DNA from: Camelus ferus
Lineage: Eukaryota
Assembly (NCBI RefSeq): GCF_009834535.1
Contig: NC_045697.1
Location: forward strand, 53,012,001 to 53,076,000
DNA length: 64,000 nt
Reading direction: 5' to 3'
Shown here: piece after piece, positions 49,621 to 62,939 of the stretch
Layout of the letters: each line of letters starts with the position of its first letter
Numbering within the stretch: position 1 is the first letter of the stretch
Translations under genes and position numbers: made by a program
Notes under the pieces: generated by a model
Database searches by the model: none
The model's input: only the letters and a program-made list of their open reading frames with translations
What the model was told of the DNA's origin: nothing

Positions 49621-50127
49621 TGTCAAAGAAAGATTGTGCAGAACAAAGTTAAATAGGCAGGGAAGACTTTATTCAAGATTCAACTAAACAAAAGGCGGGA
49701 AGGTTTTTAAGCCCTGGGTTGAGCTAGTGGAAAGTATTAGAGCACACTGGGCATGGGGAGGTTGGTTAAAGTGATTAGGCCATCTGTATTTGTCAGTTTG
49801 CATTAGGCAGTTAGACTTGTAGGGTAGTTAGGTAGTTGGCCTCTATCCTGCCACAGAGATTGGGAGACAGGGACACTCTCCTTGTTGATGATTACTTTTC
49901 AAAGGGATGGTTCCCAGGTCCTAGAGACAGTTATTCCCTGGGTTGTAACACTGGTAAGACACTGCAAGATGATTTACCTACTTTTCAAAGTGGCAGAAAA
50001 AGAGTTGATATTTTTAAGTTTTCTAAAGTTAGTGCCTCAAGTAAAGGGAGGTCAAGGGCCTATACTTCGGAATAAACCTGCCTGAAGTTCAGTTAAGCTG
50101 AGTGGAATGTTAAGGCCATTTTGGTCA
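49621..50127 (-). mobile_element. Solo LTR (ERV1/MER4-group-like)
   Basis: TG...CA termini; 4-bp TSD CCAC/CCAT; minus-strand AATAAA at 49668-49673. Confidence 0.75.
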
Positions 50128-51321
50128 CCATCTAGAGCAACACAGCAGGAGCAGAATGTGCAGATGATAGTATACTAGTGAGTGAAAATCATATCAACCT
50201 TCTGGAACCTTAATCCAACCTCTCTAGGTCTAGATTTATACACAGGTACACAATGTTAAACACGTCCTCCGTGTAGCTAGCATGGATAGCTGTTAGGGAC
50301 TGCATTACTTAGATCAAGTATAGCCCACTGTGCTTTGAATTATACAATACTCAATATGACTGCTAACATATAACACATAGACCCTTAGTAATAAGTAAGC
50401 TTCTCATCCATCCATCCATTCTTCATCCTTCTCAGACCACCACAGCCTGGTCCAAGTAGACTTTTAAAGATGCTTGCTATTGAACCAAAACAGGGGTTAA
50501 TTCTCCAGATGTATCCAGAAGTTCTAGATAAAAATCCCATTAAGCAGCTGAGGAGCTCATCCATCAAAATAGTGAAATAGTAAATATGGTAATATTTTCA
50601 GGGTTTCTTTCTGATTTTAATCATCATCATTATCATCATCATTTTCCTTATCACCATCAACATAGGTATTGATAATTCATAGTACCTTGCTTCCTGCACA
50701 AGATAGACAAAAAGTGTAAGAGAATCTAGAGCTTCTAAGAGAAATATTCTCCTTCTCTGAGAGTGGCTCATTTAGTTGATTTCTTAATTTCTACTCAAAG
50801 AAGTGGTATTTGTCAAAGGTAGGAAAGTGCATTTTATTGAACTTCAACTATGAACTTATTATCCTTTAGAGATCTATGTGGGAGGGATGAAATTGAAAGT
50901 AGAAGGGTGAACAGATTTCTTTGGAAAAGATAACTTAACTCGAGACTTGGCTTTTGTGAATTCATGAATATCTTTTGACCATAGATGGATGAGCAAAAAA
51001 GGAATTGCCTTCAGATGATTTTATTTTGAAATTCATTTTTATTTTTAATTTTTCTGATCACAGAAATGGCACAAGCTCATAGAAAATACTTAAAAATAAT
51101 CTAGATATTAGAGAATTATATAACATAGAAAGTTAAAGTCCTCCATATTTTCACTTATTCTCAGGATAATTTTTAACAATTTCACATATATTCCTGCATA
51201 TTTAAAAATTCTTTGATAATAATTATTATTAATATTTTATCAAAATACACGATTATAGTACACATATTATTTTTAAACTTATATTTTTTCACTTAACAAT
51301 GCCTTAAACAACTTCTTATTT

Positions 51322-52336
51322 TCTTTCCAGTTTTATTGAGATATAATTGATACACATCACTGTCTAAGTTTCAGGCATACAGTATGAGGTTTGATATGCA
51401 TGCACTGTGGAATGATTAGCATGATAGGTTCAGCTAACATCCATCTTCTCATATACATACAATGAAAAGAAAAGAAAGAAAGAAGGAAAAAAGATTCCTA
51501 GTAATGAGAGCTGCTAGGATTTAATCCTCTTAACAACTTTCCTATATATTATACAGCAGTGTTAGCTACAGTCATCATGTTGTACATTACACCCCTGGTA
51601 CTTATTTGTCTTATAAATGAAATTTTGTACCTTTTGACTATCTTCCTTCAATTCTCTTCCCCCCACCAGCCTCTACCTCTGGTAACCACAAGTATTGTCT
51701 CTTTTACTATGAGTTTTTTTTTTTTTTAATGATTCCACATGTAAGTGAGATTATACAGTATTTGTCTTTCTCTCTTAGACTTACTTCACCTAACGTAATG
51801 TCTTCAAGTTCCATCCATGTTGTCACAATACAACTGATAGGATTTCCTCATTTTTCATGGCTGAATAACATTTCACTGTGTGTATATATCACACTTTCTA
51901 TACGTTCATCCATCGATGGGCACTTAGGTTGTGTCCATGTCTTAGCTATTGTAAATAGTGCTGCTATGAACATTGGGGTGCAGATATGTTTTCAAATTAG
52001 TGTTTTAGTTTCCTCTGGATATATTCCTAGAGATAGAAATGCTGGATCATATATTATTCTATTTTAATTTTTTTGAGGACCCTCCATACTGTTTTCCATA
52101 GTGGTTGTAACAATTTACAATCCCATCAACAATGCACAAAAGTTCCCTTTTCTTCACATCCATGTGAGCATTTTTTATCTTTTGTCTTTTTGATGATGGC
52201 CATTCTAACAGGTGTGAGGTGATATCTCATTGTGGTTTTGATTTGCATTTCCCTGATGACTAGTGATGTTGAGCATCTTTCATGTACCTGTTGGCCTTTT
52301 GTATATCTTCTTTGTTGAAAGATCTATTCAGGTTGG
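51322..52336 (-). mobile_element. 5'-truncated L1
   Basis: L1 3' end; perfect 14-bp TSD acaacttcttattt at 51308-51321 / 52337-52350. Confidence 0.92.
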
Positions 52337-55300
52337 ACAACTTCTTATTTGAGTGCATAGCAAAAGCCCAATTCTTTCAAAGAATTATTTTCAGATTATT
52401 TTTTAAGTGTATGATTTTACCTTGATTTCACATTAAAGTCTATTAGTAATAATATCATTATCACTTTACTTTTACATAGCTGAAAGGAGCTAAAATTGAT
52501 CAAACATCTACCATGTGCCAGTATTTTTCTATGCTATTTAGTTTTTATTATCCCTTTTTCCTGCTAGAAAATTACAGTTCAGAGAAATCAAGTAATTTGT
52601 CCACAGCAATAAAATACCTAGTGGATAATTCCAACTACATGACCAGAAAGACCTTGATTTTTCTGCTGCATGTTTCAGAGTGCTTTGAAATATGTTGGGT
52701 TGGCTAAAATGTAAAGACAAGTACTAGAAGGAAGTAACCATATGAAAGTACAGGTAATATTTTAAGCATGGTTTGTTTAAACTGGCACTTCAAGCCATAG
52801 TCATGATTTACTCAAAGCTTTTAAAGTTCTACCTGCCAGAGACTCTATTATTTTGCAAAATCCTATCACGTTGCTTCCCATGATGTACCTGGACTGTCCG
52901 TGGAGAAGTACACAGCCGACACAACACATGCTCACCAAACAGATTTTATTACCAATGTACCTCTTCCACTTCGTTAAAACTTCGAGGATTGAAGGGAACC
53001 CTTCCTCACTAAAAATAGGAAATCCTTGACTTAATAATACATTTAAAATTTTTAGAACTTTTCTATTTAAAGACATAATTTGAATAGCTTAATTAAGAAG
53101 TTCAAAATGGTGTGCTGTTTATCCCTGTGTAGGTAAGATTTATGGTGACAGAGTAATTTGATGTCTCTTTAGAGTATCTTAACTACTTCATAGAGAAAAT
53201 CTGCCAAATTATAAAGGAAATTGAAAGCTATAAAGGTACATACAAATATTGATTTCCGTGATGTGTAAAGCAAGATCAATCCTTATCTTCAACAAAGCAG
53301 GGTTAGTGGACTGACAATAAACAATGCTGGCATTTCATTCATCTTATATGAGTATGTTAATGGAAGGTAAGACAAGCACCCCATGCTTTATAGTAAATGG
53401 CTCATTTATGATTTTCAATCTGTTTAGCCTATTAACCTTTCAACTGACACTAGTCTGCTTTTGTGTCAGGAAGGATATATATGTTTTTTTTTGCCCAGGG
53501 TAGATTCTTTGGGATGAGGTGGTGAAGGTCAAAGACAAAGTGTTCTTGATTTAAAAACCTTTAAATGCGTCATTTCCTTCTTGCTTTTACAACAGTGTCT
53601 TAATTGTAAAGTGGGTCAGATATCACCTGGGCTATTGAACTAGATCCAACAACAAATTTAGGTCATCTTAAATATACACTTTAATGTTCTTTTATCCTGG
53701 GTGCTATGATTCTGTGAAGTCTGTTGATCCAAGGTCATACCAAGAGTTAATTAACATGAGGCTTTTGGCTTTTTACCTTGCATATTTGAGGTAGGCCTTT
53801 TACTTTGGAATGGCATCTGAACCAGAGAGGGCTCCAGGTATCTGGGCTGAGGTCATAGCCATGGAGGGGATGGAACAGCTGGAGAAGGAGAGAGCTTTGG
53901 CTTTTGGCAGGAAAATGTAATATTTGTGGAAATAAATCAAAGAGGATGGTGATTCAGAGTAGGGGAACAGAAGAAATAACTGCACATAATTTTTTCCTAA
54001 ATGGTGCCCAGGACATCCTGTTTTAATGTTTTCTCATGAGAGTTTCTGAATCATTCTTTCCTGAAAAGACTGAGAAGAAGGGATGATCAGGTTAGGTATT
54101 ATTCGCTTGAAAGCTGATTTTTCATTGCAAAATTCAAATCTTAAAAACTTTTTTTTTGGTTTTGTTTTGTGAAGGAGATTGACCACAGAGCTCAATTTAT
54201 TCATTTATTGATCTGTCTATCCACTCATCCATTCATCCTTCTAGCCATACACAAAAGTGTATTGAAATTCTAGTCTCTTTCAGGCTCTTTGTATAATCAT
54301 TGGGGGATATAGCAGACAGCAAAAATGCTCATGTTCCCTGTCTTCTTGGAGGCCATAGACAGGTGGAGGAGACAGACATGAGCAAGTAAACGTATCAAAA
54401 AATCTATAGTTATATTTTTATTATATTAACAAAATATGTATTTTGTGACAAGTGCTAGTGAAGAAACAACAAGTCTTTAAGAGTGACAATTCCTTTTTCA
54501 CTCTGTAAATAATATTCAAGAAGCTAATTTTTCTTCATGGTTTGATGTACTTTACAAAGATCAAATCTCCATCTTTATTTCTGAAATCTTAACTCTTTCC
54601 AATTTTAGCTCTCCAATTTCTGATGAACATTTCCTTTTGGATATACCGTCGGTACTAAAAGTATTTTTGTAAACTCTCCCACAAGCAAGGTATCCATCAG
54701 GGGACTACCATGTTTTGGTTAACACAAAGTTGTAGGTTTCCTTTTTCCCTCTTCTCCATTTTCAACTTTAACCTTAAATTTGATAATTTTCCCTGTTCTA
54801 GACTTTGTTTTGTGCTTTGATTCTTCTTCTGTTTTTAACTTTGCTTCACTTTCGATCTTGTTTTGTTAATATTTTTAATCTCTTCCCATCTTATATATAA
54901 AATATACTCAGGTGGCAGAATTATTAGTCTCAAGTTTTATTTTCTTCACATTATTCTCCTTTAAAAAATTTACTTTTTTTTTTGATTGACATCCATAGAT
55001 CAGCAACATTTGTGGACATATTATCTTCAGGGAAATTAAGCAATAACCCTGGTACAACCATTAGTTTTAAGTTATAGACACAGGGGAATAACCTGATAGA
55101 TTTTATTTTTCAGGTCCTTTTCCTTAGTTTATCATCAAACTCTTGTTATAATGAATATGTGCCTGGGATTTTATAAATTAAAAGAGAAGGATGTAATGTA
55201 GTCACATTGAAGTTCCTCCTGTGTTGGTGCAAAGCTGGAATTTTATGAAAAAAAAAGTATACATAAAATAAGGAATTCAGAATATATAAAATATTTGATT

Positions 55301-55792
55301 ATATTAATGGGTTATGGGATATAAGTTGGGTACAAAGAAGAAGAAGGGAAGGGAGGGCAGGAGCAAGGTGATGGACCATGACACAGCTGGGGAGATGAAT
55401 TGATTAGAAGCCAGTATACCAAAGAATTACAGAAGTTTGAAGTACTAGAGCTGGAAGATAGAAGATGGTGGTTCAGAATAGAAAGCTTGAAATTGGAATT
55501 TTGGTAGTAGTCCAGTAATTGGTTACTAAGTCCTGACTGTGGGAAAGAGTAGACATTTAGGGTTCAGGAAAAGACTATTGGACGGAAAGTGAAAGAACTG
55601 AGAGGCCAAAGTCTTGAATGAATCTCCTGTGTGATTGTTGGAGTCACAACAAGTAGTGATAAAGCAAGTGATGCAGAAAAAGTCAGTGAGCTGGGAAGTA
55701 AAATCTTCAGTGACTGGAAGAGTGACTGGGAGAAAGGTAGGTAACTGCAAAATAAAAGGGGAGTGTTTGCAAATTCTGATGACACAGACTTT

Positions 55793-56343
55793 TTTTTTTT
55801 TTAAATTGAATTATAGTCAGTCACAATGTGTCAATTTCTGGTGTATAGCACAATGTCCCAGTCATGCATATACATACATATATTCATTTTCGTATTCTTT
55901 TTCATTGAAAGTTATTATAAGATATTGAATATAGTTCCCTGTGCTATACAGGAGAAACTTGTTTTTTTAATCTATTTTTATATATAGTGGCTAACATTTG
56001 CAAGTCTCAAAACTCCTAAATTTATCCCTTCCCACCCCTTTTCTCCTGGTAACCATAAGATTGTTTACTATGTCTGTGAGTCTGTTTCTGTTTTGTAGAT
56101 GAGTTCATTAATGTCCTCTTCTTTTCTTTTTTTTAAGATTCCACATATGAGTGATATCATATGGTATTTTTCTCTCTCCTTCTAGCTTATTTCACTTCAA
56201 ATGACAGTCTCTAGGTTGATCCATGTTACTGCAAGTGGCATTATTTTTATTCTTTTTTGTGGCTGAGTAGTATTCCATTGTATAAATATACCACAACTTC
56301 TTTATCCAGTAATCTATCGATGGACATTTAGGTTACTTCCATG
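55793..56343 (-). mobile_element. Young 5'-truncated L1
   Basis: Pure poly-T tail; perfect 17-bp TSD ctgatgacacagacttt at 55776-55792 / 56344-56360. Confidence 0.93.
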
Positions 56344-57919
56344 CTGATGACACAGACTTTAAGGTAGTTGTGGTGCCTCCATCCAGGTCCTGCTCCTGCT
56401 CCATGGGGATGTGAGAGAAAAAACAGCAAAGACCGAAAAGTACTTTGAAGAGCCTAGTCTCAGAAAAACAGGATGACCGGAACTCTCTGAGAAGAGACTG
56501 AGGAACCACAGTATTTTACTGAAGACTGACCTGCACTTGAGTCTAGAGGGTACAATGGAAGGTCATGGGAGTGATTGGGGAGGGTGGGAGAGCTGTTCTA
56601 TTAGAGCACAGATAGACCCAAATGAGGGCAAAAGTCCAGGCGATGATAAATGACTTGGGAGTCCTGTGCATCTTTCACTGAGATGGAAAAGAGAAATACT
56701 TCAATTTCTAAAGGGGAAGCAAAGTCATTTGCTACTTTAAAAGATCACTATCCAAGAAGAGAATAAAATTTAAATACAGATAACCCAGAGGAGATAGAAA
56801 TGTCTTCAGAAATAAAAATAATTTTATCTCTTTCTACTTAAGGGAAATCTACATGTATTTTTCTACAGAATTAGGTAAAGGTGTCAAAAATGAATTCTTC
56901 AGTGCCCATTGATGCTTTAGATGTGTCTATTGATGTTTAACATAATCTTCAGAAATAAATGGAAAAAGAATTTAGAAAATTTCCCTTTTCTTTACTTTTT
57001 ACCCAGTTTACATAACATATGACATAATAACATGACACAAGCCTTTTCCAAAACATTTTACTGTATTGTCTTTCCTCAAAAACAGAATCAGTAATGCAGA
57101 GGGCATATTTGATTCGGTATAAGATGAAGCCTAAATTCAAATGGTCTGAAATCTTTGATATATTGCTTTAATAGTCAATCTGCTGTTGAATCTTTGAAAG
57201 ACACACTAAAGAAAAGGACAAAAATCAAGAGCTAGTAAGGGCTGAAAAGTTTACCTAACCTAACTCCCTGATTTTTAATACGGAGCCTAGTTTCTAGAAT
57301 TTAGCAGATGTGAATGAATGAGTTCTGGGGAAGTCAGGATCAACAACAACCTGTTCCGCTGTGGAGAAACTGCCTGCCAAGTACTAAGCTGATGTGAAAT
57401 GATGAAAGCAGAGAGCTTTCTAATTCTTAAGTAGGTGGGCAGTGAGAAATAACATTAGATGATTTTCTGACGACAGCCACTTACTTAGTAGTTACTCCTC
57501 AGGTATATCAGCACCTTTAAACTTCTTAACTGCTTTTTAAGATGAAGCATTATTATCATTTTCATGAGGAACCTGAAGGAGAGGTTGCTCAAGGTTATTT
57601 TGCCAATAAATGGCAGGAATGAGTCAGTCCCAATCTGTCTGACTCCCATGCCTACACCTCTGAGCACTTCACAATGTTTCCTCTTACTCTTTTTCACCAG
57701 AACAAACTTAATTATAATTCTCAATGAAATCTCTGAAAATCCACTAGTTTCTTCCCCCTCCCCAAGCTTCGGGCCTCAAGGGTGACTCTAGAGGTGTTTA
57801 TATTTATACTTTAAATTATCTAATTCTCTAATGTAACACTTAGTGGAGTCCAGCAGCAATGGAAAAGGAGAGTGATAGTTTAGAATGAATAATATGTATT
57901 TGGCATTATATATATAATT

Positions 57920-58383
57920 TAAAGGAATCCCCAATTAACATAACCTTCACCTCATATATTGACTCTTTTTGGTACGAACATAAGTTCTGCTCTTTTAGCT
58001 AGTATCAATTATACAATACAATATTATCAACTATAGTTACCACATTATACATTATTAGATCTTCAGACTTTATTCTTTAAACTAAAAGTTTGTACCCTTC
58101 TTCCAATGTTCCCTTATTTCTCCTATCCCCCCTGCGCTTGGCAATCACTTTTCTACTCTCTGTTTCTGTGAGTTTGACTTTTTTGTTGTTATTGTTAAGA
58201 TTCCACATATAAATGACCCCATGCAGTATTTGTCTTTCTCTGTCTGGCTTATTTCACTTAGCATAATGCCATCCAGGTTCATCCATGTTGTTGCAAATAA
58301 CAGGGTTTCCAGTTATTTTTAAGACTAATATTCCATTATATATGTCACATTTTCTTGACCCTTATTTTTAAAGGCTAATATTC

Positions 58384-58425
<42 letters not shown>

Positions 58426-60478
58426 CACATTTTCTTGGTCTATTCATCTGTTGATGGGCACTAAGGTAGTTCCTATTGTGAATAATGCTTCAAACATAGG
58501 AATACAGATAACTCTTCTTGATAATGATTTTGTTTCCTTTGGATATACATCTAGAAGTAAGATTGCTGATCATATATGGTAGTTCTATATTTAATTTCTT
58601 CAGGAACTATATGCTGTTTTCCATGCGGCTATTACTAGTTTACATTCCCACTAATAGTGTGCAAGCGTTCCCTTTTCTCCACATCCTCACCAGCATTTGT
58701 TACCTCTTGTCTTTTTGATTATAGCCCTCCTAATTGGTGTAAGGTCATACCTCATTGTGGTTTTGATTTGTTGAGCATCTTTTCATGTACCTGTTGGCCA
58801 TTTGTGTGTCTTTTGAAAAATGTCTATTCAGGTCTTTTGCCGATTTTAAAATTGGGTTATTTATGTATTTATGTATTTATTTACTTATTTATTTGCTATT
58901 GTGTTGAATGAGTTCCTTGTTAGTTTGGATATTAACCCTTTATCAAAAATGTGGTTTGCAGTTATTTTCTCCCATTCTGTAGGTTGACTTTTCATTTTAT
59001 TGCTGGTTTCCTTGCTAAGTGAAGCTTTTTAGTTTGATGTAGTCTGACTTGTAGATTTTTGCTTTTATGTCCTTTGCTTTTTGGTGCCAAATCCAAAATA
59101 TTATCATCCAGACTGATATCAAGAGGCTTACCTTTTATGTTTTCATCTAAGAGTTTTATAGTTTCAAGTCTTACATTCAAATTTTTAATCCATTTTCAGC
59201 TGATTTTTGTGTATGGTGTAAGATAGTGGTCCATTTTCATTCTTTTGCCACATGCAAAACAATATCCAGTTTACCCAACTCCATTTATTAAAGGACTATT
59301 TTTTTCCATTGTGTATTCTTGACTCCTTTGTTCTAAATTAGTTGACCGTATATGTATGGATTAATTTGAGCTCTGTATTCTGTCCCACTGATAATGTGTC
59401 TTTTTTTGTGCCACTACCATGCTGTGTTTATTACTATAACTTTGTAATATAGTTTGAAATTAGGAAGTATGATGTCCCCAGTTTTACTCTTTTTCTCAAG
59501 ATTGCCTTGATTATTTGGAATCTTTTGAGGTTCCATACAAATTTTAGGACTGTTTGTTCTATTTTTTAAAATATCATTGAAATTTTGACAGATTATATTG
59601 AATCTATAGATTGCTTTGAGTACAGTGGATATTTTAACAATATTAATTTTCCAATCAATGAGAACAGAATATCTTTCCATTTATTTGTATCTTCTTTAAT
59701 TCTTTTTATCAATGTCTTATACATTTCAGATTCCAGATCTTTCACCTCCTTGGTTAAATTTATTCTTACATATTTTATTCTTTTGGATACAATTCTGAAT
59801 TGAATTAAAAATATTGCTGCTGGTAGTTCATTGTTAGTATATAGAAATACAACTGGTTTTTGGTATATTCATTTTGTATCCTGCAGCTTTACTGAATTTG
59901 TTTATTAGTACAAATAATTTTTGGTAGAGTCTTTAGGATTTTCTGTATATAATATCATGTCATCAGCAAATTTAGAAAATTTTACTTCTTATTTTTTGAT
60001 TTGGTTGCTTCTTATTTCTTTTTCTTTCCTAATTGCTCTTGCTATAACTTTCATTACCCTGTTGAATAACAGTAGTGAGAATGGGCGTCCTTGTCTTGCT
60101 CCTGATCTTAAAGGAAAAGCTTTCATTCATTTATTTATTTATCTTTTTGGTTTTAACCTTTTTCAGCCTTTAAGTTTTTTAATTTTATTTTTTAATTAAA
60201 ATTATTTTCTTTTATATAAATTTTAAAGATTAGTTTCCATCTAAGCATTCAGTGTTTCACTATTGAGTGTAGCTATAGGCTTGTATCATATGTGGCCTCT
60301 ATTACATTGAGATACAGTCCCTCTATACCAGTTTGTTGAGAGTTTTTGAAATGAATAGCTGTTGAATTTTGTCAAATGCTTTTTCTGCATCTGTTAAGAT
60401 GATTTTTTCTTTCATTTTGTTAATGTGGTGTGTCATATTGATTGGTTTGTGGATGTTGAATCATTCCTGCACCTCCAG
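57920..60478 (-). mobile_element. L1 (decayed ORF2 RT/C-terminus plus 3'UTR)
   Basis: ORFs 58992..59180 and 59414..59680 are L1 ORF2 remnants (INIVKISTVLKAIYRFN, LPNFKLYYK). Confidence 0.9.
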
Positions 60479-60678
60479 GAAGAAATTAAAAATAGAACTA
60501 TTATATGATCCAGCAATCCTACTTCCAGGTATGTATCCAAGGGCAACAAAACCATTACCTCAAAGAGATTTCTATAGTCCCGTGTTCACTGCAGCATTAT
60601 TCACACTAGCTATCTAAGGCAAGGAAACTTACCTAAGTGTCCATCAACAGATGAATGAATCAATAAAATGTGAGATAC

Positions 60679-60726
<48 letters not shown>

Positions 60727-60790
60727 GATATATACAAAATGCAATATCAGCCAGCCTTAAAAAGTAAAGGAAATCCTGTTATGGAATATC
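60479..60790 (+). mobile_element. Oppositely oriented L1 ORF2 C-terminal fragment with (TA)n(CA)n
   Basis: LKIELLYDPAILLPGMYP...[10 protein letters not shown] on the + strand. Confidence 0.82.
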
Positions 60791-61863
60791 ATTATGAATA
60801 ATGCATTATAGTCTGTCATTTTCATTGGGTTTTGCATATTTTAATTCCTTCCCTGAAGAGGGCTCATATTTTAGTTGAGGTTTGTTGATTACAGTCAAAA
60901 ATTTTATCAGAGTTATCACTATTATACTTCTAGATCCAGGGGTTGAGCCTGAACCGTGCCTCTATATTTTTCACTTCTTCATTCTTTTCTTTTAGTAATA
61001 AAATGGGCTATTTTAAGGATAACTTATAAAGATTCAATTAAAATATTACGATTGCCATGAACTTTAGAAATGTTGATTTGCACGTTCTCCTTTACAAAAA
61101 ATACAGTGAAATTTCTAGACATTTATGTCAACGAGGGTTAGAATTCTCCCTTGTTTTGCTTCCTAACTAAGCATAAGTTATGTCAGTATAAAGAAATTGT
61201 ATAATGTTAACCTTCTTTGTCTCTCACACTGCTCAGGGCAACTGGGTGTAGTGTTGTAACACATATGGTTCTTCCTGGGGATAATGTGATTCTCTGTTTT
61301 GTTCTGTTCCACTCCATTACATTCTACCCCAAACCATTCATCTCATTCAAGATTTTGACCTAGAATTCCAATTCACATAATGAAGTGTGTGTTGATAATG
61401 GTGAAGTTTTCAGCCTCAAGATGACATGTTTTGGCCACTCTAAAACTGGCGAATATTCCCAGGGAAAAGACTAGTTACTATTCTTTTAAAATAATTCAGA
61501 AAAGTACTGAGCTACTCCAAAATGAGACTGGAAGGAACAGAGTTAAGTGAGAGGGATGGCAGTCTTTAATTATCAGTCTGACATGCATGGGACGAACACC
61601 AAATCTGAATTGAAAACGTATATTAATAAGTAAGATTAAGTAAAGATTAAGTTAATCTAAGTAAATTAACTACTTCATTTGACTGATGAAAAAAACTGAA
61701 TTTCAGAGATATAGAGTGCCCTACTCAGGTCACTGGCTAATTAGTGGCAGAGTTGACGAGAATGCAAAACTTCATTTGGGCCTCTTTTCATCCATTCTCA
61801 GAACCTAAGAGAGACAAAAGGCTTCCAAATACACACAATAAAAATAGACTTCCATGTGCAATA

Positions 61864-61869
61864 TTTATT
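61864..61869 (-). terminator. Probable MUC7 polyadenylation signal (AATAAA)
   Basis: AATAAA ~1.07 kb after the stop, followed by a GT/T-rich element; alternatives at 61981-61986 and 62008-62013. Confidence 0.6.
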
Positions 61870-62939
61870 ATTGGCAAAAGATCTAAGTACAATCATCAGA
61901 ATTCTTAGTAGTAGTGACAGAAAATAAAAATACCTCCACATCCCAAATTAACACCATCTTTTTATATTAAGTCGATAGTTTTTATTCTTCTATGAGTAGA
62001 ATCAGGGTTTATTTTCAGAGACAACTTTGTAAACAAGACAACAGGGCAGTAGTTTGGGATGGTTTGCTTTAAAACACATTGAAATGTATAGATAAAAGTT
62101 TTAGAAAATATTCACTCTTGATATATTCCACATTGTGAATTAAATTAATAGTAAGTTGAATTAATTGAATTAATAGTAAAATATTATGAGCACCATGTGA
62201 ACATACAAAAAGTCTTCTGTGGTTTACAAAAGCTAGAATCAAGCACATCAGATCTTAACTTAGATTATAATACAATAAATGTCTATTAAGAGCTCTAAAC
62301 AGTTACATGCTCTCAAAAAAGTAGTGTCCAGAGTCCTGGTTTGTGCTTGGCTGCCAGATTTCATTTTCAGTCACTTCAAATCTTCACTTGATACCAACTT
62401 TCCCCTTTCTTGGCTCACATTTTGTGGCATGCAATTTCATTTAAAGTTTTGAGATGATTTAAAGATCTTTGTTACTAATCAGTAATGCAGTAATACAGAA
62501 AGGTCAGTCTATTGATAGATGTTTTTGTTCATTTGAAGAAACCTAATTTTAACCCTTTATATTTGTGGGATTAGGTAATTCAGGTGTACTAGGGGTAAAA
62601 TGTAGTCACCTTAGAGTTTCCAACATTTAGGGAAAATAAATGGTTGCTGATCCAGTTTTCTTTCTTTATCTAATGGCTTTCTCTTCCCTCAGTGATCTAT
62701 CTCTGTAGGTTCCATAAAGTGATCTTAAATCATGGTCAGGCACCTGATCTGTGGGATAGAGGTGATTTTTCTTGTTAATAGGTCATGTGAGGTGAATAGT
62801 TAGATTCCAAGATTAGTGATAGTGCTTTAAATTCGAGTAATATTATGACTTCACTTTGAGATTGGTGGCAAAAGTAAAGTGATAGCTCTGTACTCATAAA
62901 TCATATCTAATGACAGAACACTTCACAATGTATGATGTA

